DNA from: an uncultured virus (IMG/VR IMGVR_UViG_3300016482_000014)
Taxonomy: Duplodnaviria; Heunggongvirae; Uroviricota; Caudoviricetes
Reading direction: 5' to 3' (one strand)
Length of the DNA stretch: 20,000 nucleotides
Virus record (IMG/VR): IMGVR_UViG_3300016482_000014
Span: 46,014-66,013 of that record
Shown here: positions 9,701-16,114 of the stretch, piece by piece
Numbering within the stretch: position 1 is the first letter of the stretch
How the letters are laid out: every line of letters begins with the position of its first letter
Notes under the pieces: generated by a model
Told to the model about the DNA's origin: nothing
Seen by the model: only the letters and a program-made list of their open reading frames with translations
The model's database searches: none
Position numbers and translations under genes: made by a program

Positions 9701-9959
9701 CTGCAAACCCACGAGTGGGGCCAACGGCACGACTGATGCGTTCTTGTTCGGCAGCGCCAGCTTTTGCGGCAGCGGCGGCTTCTTCCGGGGTACCAATCGC
9801 ACCACGAACACCTGTACCAATACTGGTTCCAGCACGTTCAAACGAGGACGTAAACCGTTTACCCAGTGAGGCTTCTTCTTGGGGCTTGAACGCATCTTCA
9901 AAAGAAAAGGTCTCGGAAGGCTTTTGCAAAGCCTCCTCAAACGAGAATTTCTCAGCCAT
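3732..9959 (-). CDS. large polyvalent internal virion/ejection protein (2075 aa): Gly/Ala-rich hydrophobic N-terminus, possible ART-like segment, zincin-like metallopeptidase, LPD38-like C-terminus
   Basis: N-terminal FSFEEA/FSFEDA repeat and glycine-zipper segment GAGFAGAKVGALAGPVGATIGGIAGAAG. TFLHEMIHAF (HExxH at 6834-6848) is followed by EFASEAMSNRDFQ. The C-terminal YEETSDEVRDRAWILP...KIPVPVELGFIFKSIPE...SPIQIDNFVRGYFG pattern matches my recollection of LPD38. Last gene of the late operon, in the P22 gp16/T7 gp16 position. Confidence 0.75.
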   Translation of the reverse strand: MAEKFSFEEALQKPSETFSFEDAFKPQEEASLGKRFTSSFERAGTSIGTGVRGAIGTPEEAAAAAKAGAAEQERISRAVGPTRGFAEVKDIYQREGFLPAAGEFVSQIPGAVAEQGANILGTLGAGFAGAKVGALAGPVGATIGGIAGAAGYLYPQFFGANLEEQARVAQEQKKQLELDRSSAAVAAAGQTALEAGGTAFTLGKNLIGKMIGKEVSKELAEKQLLQTAQASLAGGAGRGAARGLSEIPVEVAQTVLERWQSGQDLLSDDAIEKYGLAAYGALQAGPAIGAVASPLDRRAARQELEARGLTPTGEAIEPPMTPEREAILRQEQETADVMRERELQALELQKQEEEAAQIKTAEELSAKVGEIGQGVAGVSLEVEGLDDSLNSLYAAKDNLTILKQNLDRVSANKEVRQQINEQLKLVNDKIGEGQAFAKTIGLEPTRRAKLAKEEVKDIPEEQRAKASAAVFEAATPAQPEQIVMRELGPPQIAPAPAPVDLTIKPQELLDIGLPKSAAYTKQLSGLDLGDADQRTKAAEVIGRAMQNPQVKPEVKEKLQNLYDSKLAAPVPAAQGALDFEAELPPAAPVAPTKVDDSVFDTLGIGKTAVLRKNADLRNADLTKPEDRQFVRNVLETYRDAPNRSESIKENIDTFLGQLPVDTAPVVEAPAAETVGVTPDIQSRTVYRTGSSGMPTDMTAADIVAYERDELGNEGVTATPGIDLSTIPSKDLSWVTFDPETAQEYESEISQTTSRDATFRVVAQDGQGGYLIQEMPQTQGAKDVKPAPTPTEPATVGQPSERGVGVVDVGSIPTATQEGTTGATTAPESGGLVRPTERAGIDTQGIEQAPAPVTTLPSETTSHDEALQRVAELQMGETVDPKALARLARDAADSGLITQIDRRKIAEEIAEGDIVGAAGSLEGMLQKSKDQSIPNAVQTLQATGDSAGAVTDNLIKAFTAKDPIAALQVIVNDNSGVFNPKEQLVARRILDMKMPMPTMRMVDSLGNDVNGEPILGEYNSINDEIALVQGAADSHTFLHEMIHAFVHRSIVLQERGQARNPNFRTLQEVYDHVKASRPDLAKEYGLSSLTEFASEAMSNRDFQFQLMGMPYRNQSVFSWFARALRSLLGIAEGSPQGNVLFTAMVAVDGLMRSGRELQMRTTGKSIFASDIAYAAQNVNTPLGQPLPTSLAQVNQAPNQVQRTEMRKFLNTISQGEAGYATLIRQQTVDILAPIAKRLSDAFSQGVRGQFGDVNPIVWMRQAFDHQRIALQVYRTGGLKLESNGLWTATELKDSQGKPASPQMIVEKLAELAKKNNSTYPTTKAKVATVLEGMRLKELRDHNRKLETLALEQAAAGDVDAAYETRLGKVLLHRTNAEIDALVAVFNKSPEIQEIQRIMNTVRSNLIDAMVTSGRIHKEQADNWKAAVNYVPFDRLKDISENPEIVFAAGRRGIAALGKLPQLKGSLGRPVANAIDNYMHKLAWMTEQSMRNSAVVRTLNIMADAGMATKLDSPKNATNTHLVLPALYEGGNPVFFEVQNQYDLAAFAEAPEIKGSLINVFSASSRLLRTTVTATPMFALKQVFDDAQRVMFYSGVKNPLAAMGKTLINLPRILFLKNFGGNKAVIDSLERSGIVGDYDFNPINPIETVEFDTNAVRRSPVRALVHAMEQVTKASDMAARLAVYEQTMRETGDAVLAQSRARELINFNRRGASKTMRMLTHIIPFFNSWAQGTDLLYRGFTGEDASSGMAKRAAAGMFVSRILTMMAMGTMYALVMSDDEGYEETSDEVRDRAWILPKSVSDAFGMKQSLKIPVPVELGFIFKSIPERAIQYYKDHSKDEAKPAVDAALDFLRGAVTVYGNEPIPAILRPALENYTNFSFFTKRELISPSLKAKPAALQYTPATSEFAKWLGEQTSTSPIQIDNFVRGYFGLMGSTASMMLDSMMNPARPDRGLEQLPFLSIGIMAPVGSRTKDDFYEFREKVAAAVAGKNSLKDDPEKQAKFIEKNYHLLAAAPYVNAKLKLLRTIREQKKLYESGANIGISGAERRDAINELKRVETEILSDIGRVRTDYMKLKE

Positions 9960-9968
9960 TCCTTACCC

Positions 9969-12900
9969 CTATTTGACGAACTGCGAACCATCCCAAACAG
10001 CAGGGCCTCTAGCGGTATTGTATGTCTGACCTTTAACTAAATCAGCTTTGCTAGACGGAAGGTTAATTCCAGACGCACTGCCAGCAGCAGGAGCATTAGC
10101 ACCGCCAGTGCCGCCAAAACCATACACCTGCTGAGCGATACTATACACCTCTGGGGACAGTGTTTTGAAGAAGTTATCCCGGATACCATCTACATTACGC
10201 TTAGCAGCTAGGAGTTTAGCTTCGGCGTCTTTGCGAACCTTGGAATCGGGTTTGACATTACCCAGCGCGTTTAATGTTTCAGTTGCGGCTTTTACTTCTG
10301 CCTGTGCCAATTGGTAGTCTTTATTGGCGTTCAAAGCGGTTTGTGCTTTTTGAAAGGTTATCCCTTCCCCTGCGCCACCACGCGCCCCTGCATTGATCTG
10401 TGCCACACGCTCACGACCTGCGATCTCTTCCAGCTTGATAAGCTGCGACGAATAATCCTTGAACATATCTGCGGCTTCTTTCTTGTCGTTGCGGTCAAGT
10501 GCAATCTTGTACTTCTGGAAGGCCATATCGGCTTCCTCGGCAGCTTCCATGGCTTTTGCAGCTTTGTCTTTACCCTGCATGAAGGTAGCGCCACCCATCT
10601 GGGCGGCTTTAGCAATACCATCGGCGAGTGACGTACCACCCATCATTGCAAGGCCAGCCATCATGATTGCATCATATTTGGCGGTACCTTCTTGCTTGCC
10701 AGCACGTTCCATACGGGATTTGACCCGATTAGCCATGTCATCAAGCAGTTTCTGATCTTCTGGGCTACGCTGTACCGCCTGCCCGATCTGCTGCCTATAT
10801 TCCTCGAACGAGCCGGGGATGATGCTACGTGCACCCATGATGCCGGGGCCAGCCGCCGTGGGGGCGGTTTGAGGTGCTGTTCGAGGTGCAACAGCCGGGG
10901 GTACATTTTGTTGACCGGCTCCGGTAATCCCGAGTTTCTCTTGCGGTGGGGCAGCGGGAGCCGCAGGGGCTGGGGCATTAACCACCATATCCATCTGATT
11001 GGCATCGTGTGGGCTTGCTACCGTAGGATCTATACGGGGAGGCATTTGCTGGCTTTTTGCCAACTCTTCGCCCACCGCAGCGGGGTTAGCAGTTGCACCG
11101 CGCCACAAATTACGGAAAAAGTTACCAATAGGGCGGTCGACTGTTGCGAAACCCTCTGGAATACCAGCCATACGCAAGGCTTCTTTTTGCTCGTCTGTCA
11201 ATGGTTCGCCACCATTACTTAGCGCAACAATCCCACCACCAGCCATATCGATCGGGCCACCGAGGGATGCTGCCTGTGCTTGCTTGGCAATATCGTCTGC
11301 CACGGTAGTATCTTGTGGCTGCGCCATCGGTGCACGGGAGCGAGTGCGACGGTTCAATTCACCCTGCACAGCACTCAACGTAATAGCATCTTTTACCGTG
11401 CGGGCGTAAGCAGCAAGTTGTGTATCTGACAAGCGACGCAGTTTGGACGGAAGTTCTTGTACTGCCATCGTACTCATCGCATCAGGAGTTACCTGCCCGC
11501 CAGCAGCGTAACGCTTTGGTTCTGGGATGCGACCGCCCTTAGCGCGGGCAAACGCACCATATGCACTCAAACCGGCACCGAGAAGCTGAGGAGCTACGGC
11601 AGGCTGTTGCTGGTACATATACTGCGCACTCTGGGTAGATGGGACTCCACGCAACAAGTCAGACATGTAGCTCAACTGCTGGTACGGATACTGTTGCTGT
11701 GCGAGATACTGCTGATAAGCAAAATCCAACGCCTGCTGTTGTTGTTGCTGTTGCAACGCACCATACTTCTGGAGCGCATCCGTGATACCCATTTCTTGAG
11801 CGTACTGGGTTTGACCCAACTGACCAAGCTGACCGGCACCAGAGATAGCTGTTTGAGCGCCTTGCAGACCATACTGACCTGCACCGACCGCTTGACCGAC
11901 ACCCTGCATACCTGCCTGAGCGCCTTGAATGCCAGCCTGTTGACCAGCGATTCCGGCTTGAGTCCCTTGCAGACCCAACTGACCACCAGCAATTTGCTGA
12001 CCAACACCCTGAAGACCGAGACCAGCACCTTGCATTCCCTGAGCGGTACCGGCAAGACCTAGCTGACCAGCGGCAATTTGCTGACCAATTCCCTGTAACC
12101 CAAGCCCAGCGCCAGTCATTCCAAGACCATACAATTGTCCAGCCTGACCAAGCCCAGCCAATCCAGCTTGCTGACCTTGAATACCCTGTGCGGTACCTGC
12201 CAGTCCAGTCTGAAGACCCTGATAACCAGCCTGAAGACCTTGGATGCCAAGGCCAGCGCCGAATTGTTGAGCCTGTTGAGCCTGTTGGAATGCCTGTTGT
12301 GAACCAGCCGCTTGGATTTGGGCTAAACGATCTTGCAGGTTTCTTTGGTTTTCAGCTTCAACAATAGCAGAACGGGATCCACCAAACGCTCCTACCCTAG
12401 CCGCCTGAGCCTGCGTGGTTTGACGGGCAATTTCAGCCTGCCGAACAGCGTCTTTTTGCTGTTGCTCCACCACATTCTGCATGTACGGTGACATATAAGC
12501 TTGTTGGGCTTCTGGCGACGTTGCCATTTGCTGATAAGCCCGCCCTGCACCAAACCCTTGTCCAGCAGCCTGAATACCTAGCCCGCCGATACCAACGCCT
12601 TGCATCCCAAGTCCAGCAGCGGTACCGCCATATTGTTGAGCTTGAGGAGCCAAGCCAGCGGCTGCACCACCATACCCAGCACCAAGACCGCCATACATCC
12701 CAGCCTGCTGCCCAGTAATTCCAGCAACCTGTCCGGCTTGTTGTGCGCCTTGCGCACCATACTGAGATCCCATCAAACCATACAAACCTGCCTGACGCTG
12801 CGCCTGTTGAGCCGCCATTTGCGCCTGCTGCGCACCTGCTAATCCAAGTTGAGATGCTGCACCACCATAACCAGCGCCTGCTTGACCATAACCAAGGGCG

Positions 12901-13280
12901 GTTTGCTGGAGAGCTTGCGACACCGGCTGCGCACCAAGAGCCTGACCTGCTGCCGTGTATGCGATGTTAGATGCGTCAGTCAGTTGTGGAGCAACTTGTT
13001 GTTGGGAAAGCTGCTGGAATGCCTGTGCCTGCATCGGGCTAAACCCGGCAAAACGCTGACCCGTGTAGGCTTGGAACGGATTTTGGTTGATATCCGTCAG
13101 TGCTTGTGCGCGACCCAGCATTTCTTCCGCATATGGGCGGGCATATTCAGGGATATTGGTCTGTGTGACCGTAGACTTGGAGGGAGAAGAACTCCCACCT
13201 CCGCCTTGAGGTTTGATCTTGCCGCTTGCATCACGCTGGAATGCCTGCTCAGGCAACATATCAAAATGGTTGTATCTCAT
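9969..13280 (-). CDS. Gln/Gly/Ala-rich internal virion (DNA ejection/pilot) protein, 1103 aa
   Basis: GGGGSS near the N-terminus, long G/Q/A heptad repeats, a polyQ run and coiled-coil-like C-terminal half. Its start overlaps the stop of the GNAT gene (ATGA, 13277-13280). Position matches P22 gp7/gp20. Confidence 0.7.
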   Translation of the reverse strand: MRYNHFDMLPEQAFQRDASGKIKPQGGGGSSSPSKSTVTQTNIPEYARPYAEEMLGRAQALTDINQNPFQAYTGQRFAGFSPMQAQAFQQLSQQQVAPQLTDASNIAYTAAGQALGAQPVSQALQQTALGYGQAGAGYGGAASQLGLAGAQQAQMAAQQAQRQAGLYGLMGSQYGAQGAQQAGQVAGITGQQAGMYGGLGAGYGGAAAGLAPQAQQYGGTAAGLGMQGVGIGGLGIQAAGQGFGAGRAYQQMATSPEAQQAYMSPYMQNVVEQQQKDAVRQAEIARQTTQAQAARVGAFGGSRSAIVEAENQRNLQDRLAQIQAAGSQQAFQQAQQAQQFGAGLGIQGLQAGYQGLQTGLAGTAQGIQGQQAGLAGLGQAGQLYGLGMTGAGLGLQGIGQQIAAGQLGLAGTAQGMQGAGLGLQGVGQQIAGGQLGLQGTQAGIAGQQAGIQGAQAGMQGVGQAVGAGQYGLQGAQTAISGAGQLGQLGQTQYAQEMGITDALQKYGALQQQQQQQALDFAYQQYLAQQQYPYQQLSYMSDLLRGVPSTQSAQYMYQQQPAVAPQLLGAGLSAYGAFARAKGGRIPEPKRYAAGGQVTPDAMSTMAVQELPSKLRRLSDTQLAAYARTVKDAITLSAVQGELNRRTRSRAPMAQPQDTTVADDIAKQAQAASLGGPIDMAGGGIVALSNGGEPLTDEQKEALRMAGIPEGFATVDRPIGNFFRNLWRGATANPAAVGEELAKSQQMPPRIDPTVASPHDANQMDMVVNAPAPAAPAAPPQEKLGITGAGQQNVPPAVAPRTAPQTAPTAAGPGIMGARSIIPGSFEEYRQQIGQAVQRSPEDQKLLDDMANRVKSRMERAGKQEGTAKYDAIMMAGLAMMGGTSLADGIAKAAQMGGATFMQGKDKAAKAMEAAEEADMAFQKYKIALDRNDKKEAADMFKDYSSQLIKLEEIAGRERVAQINAGARGGAGEGITFQKAQTALNANKDYQLAQAEVKAATETLNALGNVKPDSKVRKDAEAKLLAAKRNVDGIRDNFFKTLSPEVYSIAQQVYGFGGTGGANAPAAGSASGINLPSSKADLVKGQTYNTARGPAVWDGSQFVK
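11811..12260 (-). repeat. coding heptad repeat (glycine-zipper-like, ~20 units) with a 28-aa internal duplication
   Basis: GLQAGYQ GLQTGLA GTAQGIQ GQQAGLA ... GAGLGLQ GIGQQIA AGQLGLA GTAQGMQ / GAGLGLQ GVGQQIA GGQLGLQ GTQAGIA GQQAGIQ GAQAGMQ. Confidence 0.85.
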
Positions 13281-13690
13281 AGTGTTACCCCGGCAATCCT
13301 ATATTTTTCCGTAAATCCGAACCTACGCCATAGACGGGCAACAGCCTCATTAACTGCGCCTTCGATCTTCGTAGCACCAAACGATTTGCATAACATGGCA
13401 AGTTGGTCAAACGCTTCTTGCGACACGATATGTTTGCCGCCGATGTAGGTGATAAATGCCACCCGATCATTCGGACGATTAAAGAAATTTATTGTCATGG
13501 CACCTTTGATAGCGCCATCCTCATCAACCACTACTGCCAACAACCACGTACCCATCGTAACGTATGTGCGAACCTGATCAAGCGTAAAGTCAGGCTCACC
13601 TTCTTGCTGCACAATCGCCTCATCAATGAAAGTAACAACTTTCGGCCAGACTTGATTCACAAGTTCCAGCGGTACGTGCTGTATTTTCAT
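13277..13690 (-). CDS. GNAT-fold (acyltransferase-like) virion assembly protein, T7 gp13/P22 gp14 positional analogue, 137 aa
   Basis: Size and pattern (RVAFITYIGGK...GATKIEGAVNEAVARLWRRFGF) fit the GNAT C-terminal 'A.rlw.r.GF' motif. ATGA overlaps at both ends. Lies immediately upstream of the ejection protein genes. Confidence 0.7.
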   Translation of the reverse strand: MKIQHVPLELVNQVWPKVVTFIDEAIVQQEGEPDFTLDQVRTYVTMGTWLLAVVVDEDGAIKGAMTINFFNRPNDRVAFITYIGGKHIVSQEAFDQLAMLCKSFGATKIEGAVNEAVARLWRRFGFTEKYRIAGVTL

Positions 13691-15372
13691 ACTGGCATGA
13701 CCTTATCAGGGGAGACTTCACGTTGCTGTGACTTCTTGCCATGTGCAGACTGGCGGATGCTATCAATCATTTCGTACAGCTTTTCAGCGCCTTCTTCAGG
13801 ATCGCCTTCACCAAGACGGGCAACAACATCAGGAGGAACGTAAACCTCACCATCTGCTACACGGGCAGGTTGAGAACCTTCAATACTGGCAGGAATGTCG
13901 TCGCTCAGTCCGTCGCCCTCACCCTCAATACGCATTGCAACACCAAGGTAGTTGTTCAGGATCTTTACACCAGCGTCTGTGCTGCCGTTACCAAGGGCGC
14001 TTACGACATCTGCCGGAATGACAAACGCATCGCTCGACATCTCGCCGCCAGCTTGGAACTTGGGGATTTGTGCGATACCAACTGCACCGCCGCTGGCAAA
14101 CCCATCCGCTCCACCAGCCATACCAGCGTACATGTTTGTGTCACCGCCCTGATTTTGCTGGTTTCCATACATCGCCATCATTTCTTCACGCAATTTGTCG
14201 ATCTCTGACTGCGTGGGTGCTGCCGGAGTAAACGTCTGTGTTGCGGGGTTGTAAATCATCCCGCCCGGGCCGGGAGCGATATTGGTAGGGGTAGGAGCCG
14301 CAGCAGCGATACCGACTGGAGCCGCAGAGGGTGTAATAGGAAATTTCATGCCCTGCACATACTCTTGTTGCGCACGTTCCATCATTGCCCGGTTGTAATC
14401 GGCTACGGCAGGATCTACCGTTCGGATAGGACGCTCATAGCGCTGTTCGATCTCACCGCCTTCGGCATATCCAAGAGAACCAGCATACCCACTAAACGTC
14501 TGGCTACCCCAATCCGATGTTTTTACCGGGGGCAGTGCAGTAAATCGTTGGGTCTTGGGGTCATAAACAGACGGGCGGTAATACGCATTCTGTTCTTCAG
14601 GCTCAGGCATACCACTGGAACTTGAGTCCATAATGCCGCCGATAATCGGCGCAGCAGCCATACCGACGTCACCAACAAATCCTTTCGGCAGCTGTTTAAA
14701 CGTACCAGATGGGTCAGAAAATAGTTGACCGAAACCCTTACCGATAGAAGAAAGTCTATCCATTGCACCCATCTGCGCAAACTGTTCTGCACCTGTTAGG
14801 GTTGGCATATTAGCGCCGACACCAGAAAGAGCGGTATCGTATGCGCCAGCCAACTGCATCGGGGTCATCCCTGCGCCAGCGGTAGCTGCGCCAACGTTGG
14901 CACCAACACCCGTCAATCCAGCATCCGCAGCAGCAGCCAACGCTTCAGGAGCAATGCTCGTAGTCGCAGCAGTTGTCGCCGTAGTAGGAGCTGCCGCAGT
15001 AATGCCTGCCCCAACCTGACCAAGACTAGACAGCGCACTAGCACCGCCGAAAGCGCCAAGCCCGGATATCAAGCCCTTCTCTAAACTACCTGTTAGGGCA
15101 TAAGAACCCAATCCAGCAACAGCAGCGCCAATGAAAGGGGCAGCAGCACCGCCAGTAAGTGCGCCAACACCAATGCCAACCACTGTCGGAAGGACATCCT
15201 CAAGAAACCCCGCTTCTGGCAACCCGGTATTTGGGTTAATTGTCAGTGAACCACCCTTGGCACGAGCGATACCCTGTAGGGCATTAAGCTCCCTTGGGGT
15301 AACGTGCATCAATTGGGAATCATTGCCTCGACCATGTGCGCGGACGAGTTCGGCAGCTTTTGTAATACTCAT
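13687..15372 (-). CDS. Gly/Ala-rich internal virion protein (~561 aa) with AxGG motifs and a duplicated C-terminal 'SDxIPA..GExxVP' module
   Basis: Start moved from 15564 to ATG 15372 (MSITKAAEL): GAGG lies 5 nt upstream, the overlap with the 225-aa gene disappears and room is left for a promoter. N-terminal HGRGNDSQLMHVTPRE...INPNTGLPEAGFL, then hydrophobic Gly-rich segments, and C-terminal GEGDGLSDDIPA...DGEVYVPPDVV. Confidence 0.7.
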   Translation of the reverse strand: MSITKAAELVRAHGRGNDSQLMHVTPRELNALQGIARAKGGSLTINPNTGLPEAGFLEDVLPTVVGIGVGALTGGAAAPFIGAAVAGLGSYALTGSLEKGLISGLGAFGGASALSSLGQVGAGITAAAPTTATTAATTSIAPEALAAAADAGLTGVGANVGAATAGAGMTPMQLAGAYDTALSGVGANMPTLTGAEQFAQMGAMDRLSSIGKGFGQLFSDPSGTFKQLPKGFVGDVGMAAAPIIGGIMDSSSSGMPEPEEQNAYYRPSVYDPKTQRFTALPPVKTSDWGSQTFSGYAGSLGYAEGGEIEQRYERPIRTVDPAVADYNRAMMERAQQEYVQGMKFPITPSAAPVGIAAAAPTPTNIAPGPGGMIYNPATQTFTPAAPTQSEIDKLREEMMAMYGNQQNQGGDTNMYAGMAGGADGFASGGAVGIAQIPKFQAGGEMSSDAFVIPADVVSALGNGSTDAGVKILNNYLGVAMRIEGEGDGLSDDIPASIEGSQPARVADGEVYVPPDVVARLGEGDPEEGAEKLYEMIDSIRQSAHGKKSQQREVSPDKVMPV

Positions 15373-15400
15373 AGATGCCTCGCGGCTAGGAGGTTGTTTA

Positions 15401-15429
15401 ATCGTAACATTTTGGTGTATATACGGCAA
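15401..15429 (-). promoter_or_regulatory. sigma70-like promoter with extended -10 upstream of the ejection-protein genes
   Basis: Minus strand: TTGCCG (15429-15424), 17-nt spacer ending in TGT, TACGAT (15406-15401). It sits in the only sizeable, AT-rich gap (15373-15436) of the late arm. Confidence 0.6.
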
Positions 15430-15436
15430 TGAATTG

Positions 15437-16114
15437 TCATGCCGTCGTATCCAGTGATCCAGACACCAAAACAATGCTTCCCACGGCTGATGGGTTGGCT
15501 GGTCTGGGATATGGCAAGGTTTGTGCCGGGAGATGTTCCATATAAACACCTTCCACCGGGCCAACTGGGTTGTATGCCTTTTCCGTTGCCCACCACAGTC
15601 GAATGGTATCCCCTGCTGTAATATCGAATGTCACGGATGAGTAGGCAACCAAATAACTATAAACACCGGCAGATTTTCTGGCTGGAATGGTAAACCGGCT
15701 GCTTGAGTTTGGCGTGACGTTACCATTTGTTTGCAGCCAGACAAATACATCATGTGCTACGTTGTCGGTGTTCACGAACTGCAAGCTGTAGTCGATCTTG
15801 TAGGTGCCTGATGCCGGGCAGGTTGCACTCCCATCCAGATTAAGGGTAAACCCTTCGTTGGCTTCCAGCGTGTTCCACAATACTTGAGTCGGGGTGTCAT
15901 CTGCTGCGGCATACTGATCTGTGGAATCGCTTGCTGAAATGTGCGGTGAATTGATGAACTTACCACCCAACGGGCCAAGCAGCGCCGAGGAGTTGGCATC
16001 ATTCCTAGCAAAGTACAGCCGCAAAGCATTGTTCATCTGCTCGTGGTACATCGCCCGGTATTCCGCCGGGGCAAGCAGTAGGTTTGGTGCGACAGTGGGA
16101 ATTAAGCGAGGCAT
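15437..16114 (-). CDS. small tail needle/fibre-like protein with probable C1q/TNF-like beta-sandwich head, 225 aa
   Basis: N-terminal helix APNLLLAPAEYRAMYHEQMNNALRLYF, then beta-rich SGTYKIDYSLQFVN...VWLQTNG...AGDTIRLWW. TGATG overlap with the upstream gene. P22 gp26 position. Confidence 0.55.
   Translation of the reverse strand: MPRLIPTVAPNLLLAPAEYRAMYHEQMNNALRLYFARNDANSSALLGPLGGKFINSPHISASDSTDQYAAADDTPTQVLWNTLEANEGFTLNLDGSATCPASGTYKIDYSLQFVNTDNVAHDVFVWLQTNGNVTPNSSSRFTIPARKSAGVYSYLVAYSSVTFDITAGDTIRLWWATEKAYNPVGPVEGVYMEHLPAQTLPYPRPANPSAVGSIVLVSGSLDTTA

Noticed and set aside
11690..11756. CAG/CAA-rich run as a microsatellite or contingency locus
   Set aside because: Mixed codons encoding a polyQ stretch within a Gln-rich protein; not a pure repeat.
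10311..13448. + strand ORFs of 100-200 aa opposite the 1103-aa gene
   Set aside because: The repetitive Gln/Gly/Ala codons leave few stops on the reverse strand; the products look like shadows.
15373..15564. 64-aa N-terminal extension of the 625-aa ORF call
   Set aside because: Overlaps the upstream gene by 128 nt and runs through a promoter-like gap; ATG 15372 has a good RBS.
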